Virus record (IMG/VR): IMGVR_UViG_3300044216_003192
Coordinates: 1-24,019 of that record
Reading direction: 5' to 3' (one strand)
Length of the DNA stretch: 24,019 nucleotides
DNA from: a virus
Taxonomy: Duplodnaviria; Caudoviricetes
Made by a program: the position numbers and the translations under genes. Below, in pieces: positions 1 through 9,520 of the stretch; the stretch's first letter is position 1, and each line of letters starts with the position of its first letter. The notes under the pieces were generated by a model. The model saw only the letters and a list, made by a program, of their open reading frames with translations. It had not been told where the DNA came from and did not search any database.

Positions 1-2
1 GA

Positions 3-740
3 AGAATCATTTTAGACTTCAATCCATCAGAAGAACACCATTGGATTTATGAGAAAGTAATACCACGTGAAGATTCTGATTTTTTTATCACTACATACAA
101 AGACAACCCATTTCTTGAAAAGAGTATAATACAAGAAATAGAAAGACTTAAAGAAACTGATTTAGATTACTGGAAAATTTACGGATTAGGACAAAGAACA
201 AAAACTAAAGGAGTAATATTTAATTTTTCAGAATGTTTAAAGATTCCAGAAACTGCAAGTTTAGTCTCTTACGGAATGGATTTTGGTTATACCAACGACC
301 CGACAACACTTATCGCGGTGTTTAAGGACAATCACAGCTTGTTTGTTAAAGAGTTTTTATATAGGACTATGATGACATTGTCGGACATCGTATCGTTCCT
401 TAAAACGCTTTATATTGAGCGAACACCTATATACGCTGATAGTGCTGAACCAAGATTAATTGAAGAAATACGTAGAGCTGGATTCAATATCAGACCAAGC
501 GTCAAAGGTAAAGACAGCATCAACGCGGGTATAGATTTACTAAAACGTTATAAAATCCACATTCATAAAGACAGCACAAACACAATTAGAGAATTTAGAA
601 ACTACAAATGGATGACTGACAAAGCTGGAAAAACTTTAAACAAAGCACAAGAAGGAAATGACCATTGTATTGACGCAATTCGATACGCTTGTTATTCTAT
701 TTTAAGCAATGTCAATTTTGGTAAATATGTGCTTAGATAA
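3..740 (+). CDS. terL: Terminase large subunit, PBSX family (5'-truncated by the window edge)
   Basis: The frame is open from nt 3 (RIILDFNPSEEHHWIYEK...TTYKDNPFL...YWKIYGLG), upstream of the ORF-track start. It continues into the RNase H-like nuclease motifs GMDFGYTNDPT, IYADSAEPRLIEE, GKDSINAGID and NDHCIDAIRY. Confidence 0.95.
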   Translation, partial: RIILDFNPSEEHHWIYEKVIPREDSDFFITTYKDNPFLEKSIIQEIERLKETDLDYWKIYGLGQRTKTKGVIFNFSECLKIPETASLVSYGMDFGYTNDPTTLIAVFKDNHSLFVKEFLYRTMMTLSDIVSFLKTLYIERTPIYADSAEPRLIEEIRRAGFNIRPSVKGKDSINAGIDLLKRYKIHIHKDSTNTIREFRNYKWMTDKAGKTLNKAQEGNDHCIDAIRYACYSILSNVNFGKYVLR

Positions 741-757
741 ATTTTTTTTACAAAATA

Positions 758-789
758 TTTGTTTTATTGACAAATGTTAATTAAATTTG
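758..789 (+). promoter_or_regulatory. Bacteroidota sigma-A-type promoter (TTTG-N20-TAAATTTG)
   Basis: TTTG at 758-761 and TAAATTTG at 782-789 match the -33/-7 consensus TTTG-N19-21-TAnnTTTG. The -7 box starts 30 nt before ATG 812. Confidence 0.75.
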
Positions 790-811
790 GTACAAATTTA
801 AAAACAACGAT

Positions 812-1003
812 ATGACAATAAGAATCGCAAAATCAAATCCAAACAAGAAGCAATCCTTCTTAAATTCGATTGAAAGAGCAATTTCAGCAATCCATAGATT
901 AGGTCAAGAAAAAGAAAGAGAAATTGACCTTATGACTCTAAGACTTGCACAAAAAGACCCAGATTTATGGTTTGACCGACTTGTCATTGAAATTGACAGA
1001 TAA
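812..1003 (+). CDS. Hypothetical protein (accessory cassette), 63 aa
   Basis: ORF directly downstream of a host-type promoter and an A-rich leader; no recognisable motif. Confidence 0.7.
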   Translation: MTIRIAKSNPNKKQSFLNSIERAISAIHRLGQEKEREIDLMTLRLAQKDPDLWFDRLVIEIDR

Positions 1004-1031
1004 AAATTAATTAATAATAAAAACAAATAAA

Positions 1032-1355
1032 ATGAAAACACACAAAACTACAAGCGATAAATTATATTCTTTAAGATTAAATCAATTAGCAAGAGTATGC
1101 GCTTCTTTAACAAAAGAGATGTATACGACTGAATCTAACAAAATAGTTGCAGAATATGAAGCTAAATTTGCTGAAGAGCAAAGACAAAGAAAAGCTCAAT
1201 ATGAAGCTGTAATTCACTTTCACAAAATTGTGACTCTATTTTTCGATATGTGCATTGACCCAAAGATAGTTCTTAATAAAATGAAAGAAGATGGTTTTGA
1301 CTACAAAACAAAAACTTTGAGCGAATGCGGGGATTATGCAATAGATAATTTTTAA
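1032..1355 (+). CDS. Hypothetical protein (accessory cassette), 107 aa
   Basis: A-rich leader, followed by an intrinsic terminator; no recognisable motif. Confidence 0.75.
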   Translation: MKTHKTTSDKLYSLRLNQLARVCASLTKEMYTTESNKIVAEYEAKFAEEQRQRKAQYEAVIHFHKIVTLFFDMCIDPKIVLNKMKEDGFDYKTKTLSECGDYAIDNF

Positions 1356-1377
1356 AATCAAAAAATCTAAATCAAAG

Positions 1378-1403
1378 ACCACCTATCAAGGTGGTTTTTT
1401 TTT
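1378..1403 (+). terminator. Rho-independent terminator
   Basis: ACCACCT-atca-AGGTGGT stem followed by a T run. Confidence 0.9.
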
Positions 1404-1433
1404 GCTCTTTATTATTCTATTTTTTTTTTTTAT

Positions 1434-1441
1434 TACTTTTG
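1434..1441 (+). promoter_or_regulatory. Bacteroidota-type -7 box TACTTTTG
   Basis: Exact TAnnTTTG, 29 nt before ATG 1463; no clear -33 box at the canonical spacing. Confidence 0.55.
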
Positions 1442-1462
1442 TAAAAATTTAAAAAAACGCTT

Positions 1463-1588
1463 ATGCAAAACAACAAAGAACAAACACGAAAATACATCCA
1501 CCCAAAAACAAGACTCGCCGTTTCTAAAAAAGAATATTTTGATTTCATTTTTAGTAAAGAGTATGATGAGCTTTTAAAACCACGTTAA
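1463..1588 (+). CDS. Small hypothetical protein, 41 aa (MQNNKEQTRKYIHPKTRLAVSKKEYFDFIFSKEYDELLKPR); not in the ORF track
   Basis: Lies between its own -7 box/leader (AAATTTAAAA) and a terminator at 1620-1650. Confidence 0.6.
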   Translation: MQNNKEQTRKYIHPKTRLAVSKKEYFDFIFSKEYDELLKPR

Positions 1589-1619
1589 TAAGTTTTCATA
1601 GGTTAGTTTTAAAGTGGTG

Positions 1620-1650
1620 AAACCCTTATCTTAGTGATAGGGGTTTTTTT
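1620..1650 (+). terminator. Rho-independent terminator
   Basis: AAACCCTTATC-ttagt-GATAGGGGTTT stem (one G-U pair) plus T tail. Confidence 0.85.
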
Positions 1651-1653
1651 ATT

Positions 1654-1685
1654 TAAAAACCTTATAAAAAAAACGATATATAAAT
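1654..1685 (+). promoter_or_regulatory. Putative phage late promoter, copy 1 (TAAAA...ACGATATATAAAT-ATG)
   Basis: CGATA starts at 1674, exactly 12 nt before ATG 1686, as in three other operon heads; the upstream box is degenerate here. Confidence 0.6.
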
Positions 1686-2333
1686 ATGAAAATAAAATTG
1701 AAGATTCCAGAAAGTTTGTCAGAAATCAAATTGTGGCAATACCAAAAGTTTTTAAAAATACAGGAAGAAAATACCGACGAGAAGTTTCTAGCTAGTAAAA
1801 TGCTTGAAATATTTTGTGAAGCAGAACTTAAAGAAACTTTCTTTATGAAAATGAAAGACATAGCAAAAGTTAGTAAAATCATCAATAAAATATTTGAAGA
1901 AAAACCCACATTGATAAGAGAGTTCAAAATGAATGAAACAAATTATGGTTTTATTCCAAACCTTGACGAAATGACTCTCGGCGAATATATAGACTTGGAC
2001 ACATACATAAGCGACTGGCAACAAATGGAGAAAGCTATGGCAGTGCTTTACAGACCAATAGAGTTAAAGCTAAAAGACAAATATAAAATTGTGGACTATA
2101 CTGCCATAGGTCAAGAGAAAATGAAGCAAATGCCTTTAGACGTGGTTTTCTCAAGTATACTTTTTTTTTATCATTTAGGGATAGACTTGTCAAAGGTTAT
2201 GATGAGTTATTCAGTGGAGACGCCAATCAGCTCACAGCCATCGGACAATTTTCTCATAAGTGGGGATGGTATGCTAGCATTTACGGACTCGCTCAAGGCG
2301 ATATTAGACGATTTGAAAATATCACTCAACTAA
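1686..2333 (+). CDS. Tail assembly chaperone (gpG-like), 215 aa
   Basis: Heads the tail operon and contains a T9 slippery run at 2161-2169 leading into a long open -1 frame, the hallmark of G/GT chaperone pairs. Confidence 0.65.
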   Translation: MKIKLKIPESLSEIKLWQYQKFLKIQEENTDEKFLASKMLEIFCEAELKETFFMKMKDIAKVSKIINKIFEEKPTLIREFKMNETNYGFIPNLDEMTLGEYIDLDTYISDWQQMEKAMAVLYRPIELKLKDKYKIVDYTAIGQEKMKQMPLDVVFSSILFFYHLGIDLSKVMMSYSVETPISSQPSDNFLISGDGMLAFTDSLKAILDDLKISLN

Positions 2334-2419
2334 ATGTTCATAAGTGTTTTACAATGCTAAGTTTTATGAAAGAGAAACAAGAGTTAGAAAATAAAAATAT
2401 CAAAAGCAAAATGAAATGA
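2162..2419 (+). CDS. -1 frameshift extension of the tail chaperone (gpGT-like; fusion about 244 aa ending ...LSFRDRLVKGYDELFSG...KWGWYASIYGLAQGDIRRFENITQLNVHKCFTMLSFMKEKQELENKNIKSKMK)
   Basis: The -1 frame is open 2087-2419 with no ATG until 2354. The slippery heptamer T TTT TTT is in the correct phase, and the stop TGA overlaps the next ATG (ATGA, 2416-2419). Confidence 0.75.
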   Translation, partial: FFLSFRDRLVKGYDELFSGDANQLTAIGQFSHKWGWYASIYGLAQGDIRRFENITQLNVHKCFTMLSFMKEKQELENKNIKSKMK

Positions 2420-2886
2420 GTAATCAAGGTATACGCGGATTTTATCAAATCACACAAAATATTAAAACTCAATTACTCAATGATATTAATATCAATACTG
2501 TCACAACTGGAGAAATTACTGACATTGATTTAAGTAAACAAACAATATTTCCACTTGCACACATCATTGTAAATGATGTACAACTACAAGAGCAAGTTTT
2601 AACATTTAACATTACAATTCTTGCAATGGATATTCTGAACGTTTACAAAGAAAAAGAGACGGATATATTTATTGGAAACGACAACGAACAAGATATTTTA
2701 AACACTCAATTAAGTGTATTAAATAAACTGGTTATGATACTAAGAAAAGGAACTTTATATTTAAATAAATATCAGCTTGTAGGAGACCCAAGTTGCGAAC
2801 CATTTTTTGAAAGATTTGAAAATCAGCTTGCGGGTTGGTCTTGCACAATGGACATTCAAGTTCAAAACGATATAGATATTTGCTAA
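2416..2886 (+). CDS. Putative tail terminator / tail-completion protein, 156 aa
   Basis: Size, FPLAHII motif, beta-rich pattern and position in the tail operon; assignment by context. Confidence 0.55.
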   Translation: MSNQGIRGFYQITQNIKTQLLNDININTVTTGEITDIDLSKQTIFPLAHIIVNDVQLQEQVLTFNITILAMDILNVYKEKETDIFIGNDNEQDILNTQLSVLNKLVMILRKGTLYLNKYQLVGDPSCEPFFERFENQLAGWSCTMDIQVQNDIDIC

Positions 2887-3401
2887 TGGAATTTAAAAAA
2901 GCTAAACAAGCAATAATAAACTTTGCAGAGAATGTTGTAAAACAATCAAAGCAAAATTTAGTCAAGCAAGACAAAAACGTCACTAAGAAATTATTTGAGT
3001 CAATCAAGTTCAAAGACAAAACTGACAAAGACGTTATTACAATAATTTTAGAAATGCTTGACTATGGACAATATCAAGATTTAGGAGTTAGCGGTACAAA
3101 AAGAAAATTTAAAACCCCTTTTAAATACACATCAAAAGGCGGTGTAAGGGGATTGAAAGGTATGCCACCAGCTAGTCCACTTGACCAGTGGTCTATAAAA
3201 AAGAAAAAATTAAAAACTAAAGTAAGAGACAAAAAAGGGAGATTTATCCCACGAAAAACTTTAGTGTTTTTGATAAGAAAAAAAATATTTGAACAAGGTA
3301 TAAAACCAAGTTTATTTTTCTCAAAACCTTTCAATGATGGAATCAAAGAATTGAGAAGAAAATTAGGAGACGCATTAGAAATTGATATAAAAAACTTATA
3401 A
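2886..3401 (+). CDS. Putative tail-completion / neck protein (HK97 gp10-like), 171 aa from MEFKKAK
   Basis: TAATG coupling at 2884-2888 indicates the true start. Basic protein with YGQYQDLGVSG and GIKPSLFFSKPF motifs typical of this class. Confidence 0.6.
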   Translation: MEFKKAKQAIINFAENVVKQSKQNLVKQDKNVTKKLFESIKFKDKTDKDVITIILEMLDYGQYQDLGVSGTKRKFKTPFKYTSKGGVRGLKGMPPASPLDQWSIKKKKLKTKVRDKKGRFIPRKTLVFLIRKKIFEQGIKPSLFFSKPFNDGIKELRRKLGDALEIDIKNL

Positions 3402-4531
3402 TGGCAATATTCAAAGTAAATACAAGAAGTTCGATTTATATAAGAGTACAGAATGCAACAATAGCAGACGCACAACTTGACTTGTTTATATATACGGGTA
3501 CTTTTAGCACCGATAAACCAGCGACGGCAACTTATTCATTGACAAAATCAGCTATAAGCTCGAACAATTATGTCATTTTTGAAGTAAGCGATTTGATAAA
3601 TGATTATATAAACTATACTTTATCAAGTGCGAGTAATATTAATACATCTCAAACGACAGTTTGGGCAGAAGCAACAATCACACCAGAAAACGCTCTTGGA
3701 GTTGATTTAGACGTTGTTTCCGTGATTATGTTGGCTTTTGTGGGCTACGGGTATTACAATGAAGGATTCACGTCGCAAACGAAAACAAACAGCTTAACAA
3801 CAGTCAACGTAAACGCAGTTGTAGGAAATACAAATTTCTTACAAAGCAACACAACAATATTTAGAAAAGCAGGTGACACCGTTACAATACCATTGCTTTC
3901 AAATTACAGTGTCAATTCTGGAAGCGACACATTGACGGGTAGTCAAACGGCAGTTTTTAAAAACGGCAGTTCTACAATAAGCACTGTTTCCGCAAGCACT
4001 GGACAAACAGCTAGTTCAAACGCAATTACTTATGCCACATCTACAACAGCAACTTTGACTTCAGTTGATGTGACTGACTCAAGTGGTACAACAACAATTA
4101 CGATTGAAGAACAAGATTGTAATAAATTCAATCCTATACCAGTAAGTTTTGCAAACAAACACGGTGCAATTCAGACCGTAAATTTCTTTTTGAAATCAAT
4201 AGAATCTTTGAGTGTAAAAAATGAAGAATATAATAGTAACACACTTACAACTTCCGCAACATATAATACTTTTGAACATCAATATAAAGTCAGAAACGTA
4301 ATCGGAAGAGAAAAGATAATTTTAAATACTGGATATGTAAACGATGACTTCAACCAAGTTATTGAAGAGCTGTTGCTTACTGAAAGATGTTGGATGACAA
4401 AAGACAGCACAATACACCCTTTAATACCAATCACAAAAGATGTAACGTTTAGAACGAGCTTAAATGATAGATTAGCAAATTATACCATAGAGTTCAACTA
4501 TGCTTACGACAAAATAAATTTAGTTTCTTAA
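3401..4531 (+). CDS. Virion tail structural protein (distal-tail/tail-tip region), 376 aa
   Basis: Ser/Thr-rich beta protein, translationally coupled on both sides (TAATG). The C-terminal domain (FANKHGA...LNTGYV...IEELLLTE...YTIEFNYA) is Dit-like by pattern. Confidence 0.55.
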   Translation: MAIFKVNTRSSIYIRVQNATIADAQLDLFIYTGTFSTDKPATATYSLTKSAISSNNYVIFEVSDLINDYINYTLSSASNINTSQTTVWAEATITPENALGVDLDVVSVIMLAFVGYGYYNEGFTSQTKTNSLTTVNVNAVVGNTNFLQSNTTIFRKAGDTVTIPLLSNYSVNSGSDTLTGSQTAVFKNGSSTISTVSASTGQTASSNAITYATSTTATLTSVDVTDSSGTTTITIEEQDCNKFNPIPVSFANKHGAIQTVNFFLKSIESLSVKNEEYNSNTLTTSATYNTFEHQYKVRNVIGREKIILNTGYVNDDFNQVIEELLLTERCWMTKDSTIHPLIPITKDVTFRTSLNDRLANYTIEFNYAYDKINLVS

Positions 4532-7197
4532 TGGCGAATAAACTTGGACTTTTTATTGACAATGAAACGACTGTTGAGCAATCCGTGCAAGATTCTGGTA
4601 TCTGGAACTTTGTCACTCAAAGGTGGAATGAGTACGCTGGTGTATGGGGAATTGAAGATTTCTTAGCTTCTATAATTTATTCAAAGGTAGATTTGTTTGA
4701 CGATGAACAAATAAATTTTACAGAAAGCATTCAAAACATTAAAGACATAAGTAAAATATTTACAAACTTTACTAAAAACTTTTCAGTACCAGCGTCAAGA
4801 ACAAATAATAAATTATTTAAACATTGGCATAGACTTGACAACATAATCGCTAAAAATCAAAAGAGAAAACTAAATGCAAGAATAGAAATAAATCATCAGC
4901 ATTTTCAAATCGGTAAAGTTCAAATAAATAGCGTAAAACTGCAAAACGGCAGACCTTTCTCTTATAATATTACATTTTTTGGAAATACTGTCACTTTGAA
5001 AGATTTACTTAAAGACTTCAAACTCAGTGACTTAGATTATCTTAGTGAGTTCGACCATAATTACACAAGCTATGACGCAACAAATCCAAGTGTTTATAAT
5101 GGTCTTACAGAAGGACTTGATTTCACAATCACAAATCCAGACTATACAAACAATTCAATAATATCTGGCAGTTCAAGAACATATACAGACGCAATAATCT
5201 ATCCGCTTATCACACACACAAAAAGACTTTTTTTTGATACAAGTCCAAGTGCAAACGTAAACTATGACGGTAATTTAGCCACTTCTGGTTTTACCGTAGG
5301 TACAAATCGCGGACTTACTTTTACAGACATCAAACCAGCTTTGAAAGTGATGCACATAGTTGACGCAATTCAACAACAAAACTGGTCGAATGACACGGCA
5401 GGGATTTTGGACAAACCAATTGTTTTTTCAACTGATTTTTTCAATCATTCGCAAACTGAATTATCAAATCTTTATATGTGGCTTCATAGAAACAAAGGTG
5501 CGATTACAGACCCAAATCTTCAATCAACACCAACGGAAAACTTCTTGTCAAGCGTGAGTCTTGTTTCTGGTGTAAATGTGACATCTATTAGAGAAGTAAC
5601 AATCGGCTCACAAACCAAAAGTATTTTTGAGTTCACAACAAGACTTCAAAAGAATTGGAGCAACAGAATCACAAGTATGGAAAGATATAAATTCACTATT
5701 CAAGTACAAGTGAGTGCAGAGTCAACTATACAAATAATAGACACAAAAAAACCGAGTGGAAAACAAGTTTTAGATGAAGCCGTTGGAAGTGGTTTGTTGG
5801 TTTCCACAGCTATCATTGGCTATGACGGTATTGCGTTTGGTTCAATGACAAGCTCAAGTAGAACAAGCCACAGTCCTTTTGGTAATACAACAAGTAATAT
5901 TGAAATCAAAATTATAAGCAACACAACCACGACAATTAGCAACATATCTTTAAGAGTTCAAGAAGAAATTAAAAGTGGAAGAAGTGGAAGTATACAAAGC
6001 GCAGAAGGTACTTATACAGCGACAGGTCAGAGTCCAGTAAGCCGAGTAAACATCAAGGAACAAATACCAGACATCAAATGTATTGATTTTTTGACTGGAC
6101 TTTTCAAAATGTTCAATCTAACTGCATTTTTTGAAGATGATAAAAGAAAAGCAAACTATGGTAAAATAGTCATTGATACTTTGGATAATTATTACGCTGA
6201 CTCGGTCAACAACGCAAGCGGTGGACAATTTGATTTAAATGAGTATGCAGATAACGCAAACGCGATTTACGAAAATGTAAATCCATTTTCACAAATAAAT
6301 TTTAAATTTCAAGACCCCCAAACAATATTGGCACAAAATCATAAGAATATTTTCAATAAAGATTTTGGAGAACTTTCAGACCCAAGAGAAGACATAGATT
6401 CTGGCAAAACTTTTAAGATTGAGCTACCTTTTGAACATATGAAATTCGAAAGATTGTTTGACAACGGTGGAAATGCACAAACGCTTATACAGGTCGGATA
6501 TTCCGCAGATGGCAACTTTAACCATAAAGACGCGGATAATGTTAGAGCTGTACCAGAAGGAAACTTTGACCCTGTTTTGACTAAACCACTTTTATTTTAT
6601 GGCATTAGACAAACATCAAGCACTGCAATAAATTTTGTTGGTGTAAATCCAAACAACAGCAACAATACAAGTATTACTAATTATTTCATACCATCAAATA
6701 CTCAAGCTCTCTTTGGCACGTCAAACTATCGGATTACAAACAACGGAGCTAGTTCAATAACAATAAATTATTTTGACACAAGCGGAGCAGTACAATCAAC
6801 TTCTTTATCATCGGGAACTAGGTCAATAAATGCACAAACGTCACGAATATCCCACAATGGAACTTCAACTGATGTTGTAATCACTGAAACTGTACTTACA
6901 GAAGTCCAAACAATAAATTTTGGTGCAGAAGTCAACGAATTTTCAGCTAGAGTTGAGAATAAAAGTTTGTACAAAAGTTTTTATTTTGATTATGTCAACG
7001 ACTTACTTGCGACAAATTTAAGGTTGATAAAATTTAATGCTTTTTTACCTAACAAAATTCTTGTAGACATCAAACCAAATGACAGGATTGTTTTAGGATA
7101 TGACGAGCTTACAATTAACAAAGTTGACATAAACTTAAATACTGGTAAAAGTAAATTTGAATTAATTAATATTGACAGAAGTCCGCTCTCACAATGA
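4531..7197 (+). CDS. Large tail-tip / baseplate-hub protein, 888 aa
   Basis: Size, N-terminal VDLFDDE...FTKNFSVPAS motif, DFLTGLFKMFNL, and C-terminal INKVDINLNTGKSKFEL; located in the tail operon. Confidence 0.65.
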   Translation: MANKLGLFIDNETTVEQSVQDSGIWNFVTQRWNEYAGVWGIEDFLASIIYSKVDLFDDEQINFTESIQNIKDISKIFTNFTKNFSVPASRTNNKLFKHWHRLDNIIAKNQKRKLNARIEINHQHFQIGKVQINSVKLQNGRPFSYNITFFGNTVTLKDLLKDFKLSDLDYLSEFDHNYTSYDATNPSVYNGLTEGLDFTITNPDYTNNSIISGSSRTYTDAIIYPLITHTKRLFFDTSPSANVNYDGNLATSGFTVGTNRGLTFTDIKPALKVMHIVDAIQQQNWSNDTAGILDKPIVFSTDFFNHSQTELSNLYMWLHRNKGAITDPNLQSTPTENFLSSVSLVSGVNVTSIREVTIGSQTKSIFEFTTRLQKNWSNRITSMERYKFTIQVQVSAESTIQIIDTKKPSGKQVLDEAVGSGLLVSTAIIGYDGIAFGSMTSSSRTSHSPFGNTTSNIEIKIISNTTTTISNISLRVQEEIKSGRSGSIQSAEGTYTATGQSPVSRVNIKEQIPDIKCIDFLTGLFKMFNLTAFFEDDKRKANYGKIVIDTLDNYYADSVNNASGGQFDLNEYADNANAIYENVNPFSQINFKFQDPQTILAQNHKNIFNKDFGELSDPREDIDSGKTFKIELPFEHMKFERLFDNGGNAQTLIQVGYSADGNFNHKDADNVRAVPEGNFDPVLTKPLLFYGIRQTSSTAINFVGVNPNNSNNTSITNYFIPSNTQALFGTSNYRITNNGASSITINYFDTSGAVQSTSLSSGTRSINAQTSRISHNGTSTDVVITETVLTEVQTINFGAEVNEFSARVENKSLYKSFYFDYVNDLLATNLRLIKFNAFLPNKILVDIKPNDRIVLGYDELTINKVDINLNTGKSKFELINIDRSPLSQ

Positions 7198-7331
7198 TTG
7201 AAAATATTTTGGAATTATTACAATATGCAAACGGCGAAACTGAAAATATTAGAATCGCACAAGGGAAGTATTATTTACCTACAAATTTTAAAAATGCAAT
7301 AAAGCAAATAAAAAGAGAATTAGATGGCTAG
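7194..7331 (+). CDS. Small protein, 45 aa (MIENILELLQYANGETENIRIAQGKYYLPTNFKNAIKQIKRELDG); not in the ORF track
   Basis: ATGA overlap with the upstream stop and an 8-nt overlap with the tape-measure start; fills the gap exactly. Confidence 0.75.
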   Translation: MIENILELLQYANGETENIRIAQGKYYLPTNFKNAIKQIKRELDG

Positions 7332-9489
7332 AGAAATTGAATTTAACGTAAAAGTAGATGTTGCAACAGCAAAGAAAAATTTAGATGAATTAAACAAATC
7401 CTTTGACGCTAGTGAGCAACTTGTTAATGATTTAGAAAAAGAGTTGATTCAGCTCAACAAAGAGCTTACAAATATATCGGGTAACACAGGAGTACAAGCA
7501 TCTCAAAGAAAAAAATTAAACCAGCGTATAAAAGAAACAAAAAACGCTATTGCAGAAGAAAAAAATGCTCTTAAAGGAATTAATCTTGAAAGAAAACAAA
7601 CAAACAAGCTAATCAAAGACAACGAAGTCGCAACAGCAGATTTTGGCGGAGCGATAAAAATTCTTGACAAAGCCACTGGTGGCTCAGTAACACAAGTCAA
7701 AAATCTTACAACATCAGTCGCAGGAGCAACTAAAGGATTCAATCTTTTGAAGGTTGCAGTCATAGGAACTGGAATCGGTGCGTTGGTGATTGCAGTTGTC
7801 AGCTTAATACAAGCATTCAAACGTTCAGAAGCAGGTCAAGATAGATTTGCAAAAATACTTGGAGTAATTGGTTCTATAACAAACGTACTTGGTGATAGAC
7901 TTGCAAGTTTAGGAGAAGGAATAATTAACCTTTTTACAAATCCAGTTGAATCAATAAAAAACTTTGCAAAAACGATAAAATCTTTTGTCACTGATAGAAT
8001 CAACAACGTAATTGAAAGTGTTGGTTTGTTAGGGAGTGCAATTCAAAAAATATTTCAACGTGATTTCAAAGGGGCTTTGTCAGATGCAACCAATAGTTTT
8101 GTCAAATTACAAGAAGGTATAAATCCAGCAGTCATTGCAACAAAAGCATTAGCAAATGCAACGAAAGACGTTGTAAAAGAAATGAACGCAGAAGCTAAAA
8201 TCGCCGCACAAATAGCAGACGATAGAGCAAAAGCAAATAAACTTGAAAGAGAGCTTGTTGTTGAAGTTGCAAAAGGACGTAGAAAGATAAATGATTTACG
8301 TTTAAAAGCAGAAGATAGAGAAAAATTCTCAGCAACAGAAAGAATCAAACTTTTAAGAGAAGCTCAAGCAATTGAAGATGAGCTAGCTGAAAAGCAAATT
8401 GAAGCTAAAGAGCTGGTAATCAATGCAATGAAACAGGAGCAAGCCATAAGTTTAACAACAAGAGAAGAGAAAGACGCACTTGCAAAATTAGAAGCCGAAC
8501 TAATAAATTTAGAAACGCGAAAATTACGTGGACAAAGATTACTACAAACTCAAATTACAACGGCAGTAAATCAAGAAAGAGCAGAAAAAGAAAAAGCTGT
8601 AAAAGAAGAAGAGCAAAGACAAAAAGACCTTGCTGAATTTAGTAAAACAGTCAGAGAAGCAAATGCACAAAATGAAGATGAACAAAGAGAATTAGAGCTT
8701 GCAAAAATTCAAGAACATTTTGAAAACTTAATCAATAGTGAGTTAGCAAATAATGAGCAAAAACTTGCTCTACAAGATTCTCTTAATGAAGCACTTGCAA
8801 AAAAACAAGCAGAGTTTGATAAACAAGACGCAGATAGAAAAAAAGCGTTAGAAGAAAAAAATGACGCAGAAGTGCAAGCAAAACTTGACAAAGAAGCAGA
8901 AATAGAAGCGCAGAGAATCGCTCTAAGACAAGAAACCTTTGACAATGCTGTTCAGCTAGCTGGAGAAGAAACAGCGCTCGGAAAAGCTCTCTTATTAGCT
9001 AAACAGATAATTTTGGCTAAAGAGTTCATACTACAAGCAAAAGAACAAATACAAGACGCAAAAGCTCTTGCAGTAAAAGGAAAAAATAAAGTTGCAGAAG
9101 TCACACTAGAAGGAGCAGAAGCAAGCACACAAGTCGCTGGTTCTATCACCAAAGCAACCAATACTGCACCGCCACCGTTTAATATTCCTTTTATTTTAAC
9201 TGCAATAGCAACTGGTGCAAGTGTTATGTCAGCAGTAAAATCAGCCATAAAAGCAACAAAAAGCGCGGCAAGTAAAGCTGGAGCAAGTGCAGGCGGAGCG
9301 ACTACACCAGATTCAAGACCAAGTGTTTCAGCACCAGCGTTTAATGTTGTTGGAGCTAGCGGAACAAATCAGTTGGCGGAAACTATTGCAGAAAAACAAC
9401 AACAGCCAATCAAAGCGTTTGTAGTTTCAAGTGAAGTGACAACACAACAAGCATTGGATAGACAAACCGAAGATACTGCAAGCATATAA
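7324..9489 (+). CDS. Tail tape measure protein, 721 aa
   Basis: Ala/Lys/Glu-rich helical coiled coils, a hydrophobic segment (VIGTGIGALVIAVVSLI) and C-terminal PIKAFVVSSEVTTQQ. Confidence 0.85.
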   Translation: MAREIEFNVKVDVATAKKNLDELNKSFDASEQLVNDLEKELIQLNKELTNISGNTGVQASQRKKLNQRIKETKNAIAEEKNALKGINLERKQTNKLIKDNEVATADFGGAIKILDKATGGSVTQVKNLTTSVAGATKGFNLLKVAVIGTGIGALVIAVVSLIQAFKRSEAGQDRFAKILGVIGSITNVLGDRLASLGEGIINLFTNPVESIKNFAKTIKSFVTDRINNVIESVGLLGSAIQKIFQRDFKGALSDATNSFVKLQEGINPAVIATKALANATKDVVKEMNAEAKIAAQIADDRAKANKLERELVVEVAKGRRKINDLRLKAEDREKFSATERIKLLREAQAIEDELAEKQIEAKELVINAMKQEQAISLTTREEKDALAKLEAELINLETRKLRGQRLLQTQITTAVNQERAEKEKAVKEEEQRQKDLAEFSKTVREANAQNEDEQRELELAKIQEHFENLINSELANNEQKLALQDSLNEALAKKQAEFDKQDADRKKALEEKNDAEVQAKLDKEAEIEAQRIALRQETFDNAVQLAGEETALGKALLLAKQIILAKEFILQAKEQIQDAKALAVKGKNKVAEVTLEGAEASTQVAGSITKATNTAPPPFNIPFILTAIATGASVMSAVKSAIKATKSAASKAGASAGGATTPDSRPSVSAPAFNVVGASGTNQLAETIAEKQQQPIKAFVVSSEVTTQQALDRQTEDTASI

Positions 9490-9520
9490 CAAAAACATAA
9501 CTTAAAAACGATATATTAAT
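9490..9520 (+). promoter_or_regulatory. Putative phage late promoter, copy 2 (CAAAA-N14-CGATATATTAAT-ATG)
   Basis: CAAAA at 9490, CGATA at 9509, ATG at 9521. Confidence 0.7.

Noticed and set aside
59-74. Partial parS-like core CCACGTGAA in terL
   Set aside because: Six mismatches to the consensus and no palindromic arms; explained by the codons P-R-E.
2835-2885. ORF-track N-terminal extensions (also 17197-17232, 22147-22173 and 22518-22529)
   Set aside because: Downstream ATGs fit stop-start coupling or the promoter motif better; the extensions overlap other genes or terminators, or use weaker non-ATG starts.
2864-2888. AAAACGATATAG resembling the late-promoter -10 box
   Set aside because: It lies inside coding sequence (QNDID), the C is 18 rather than 12 nt from the next ATG, and there is no CAAAA at the 19-nt spacing.
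7503-9248. Several 78-105-aa minus-strand ORFs opposite the tape measure (and similar ones opposite other genes)
   Set aside because: They are antisense shadows of biased codon usage, with no promoter, leader or terminator support.
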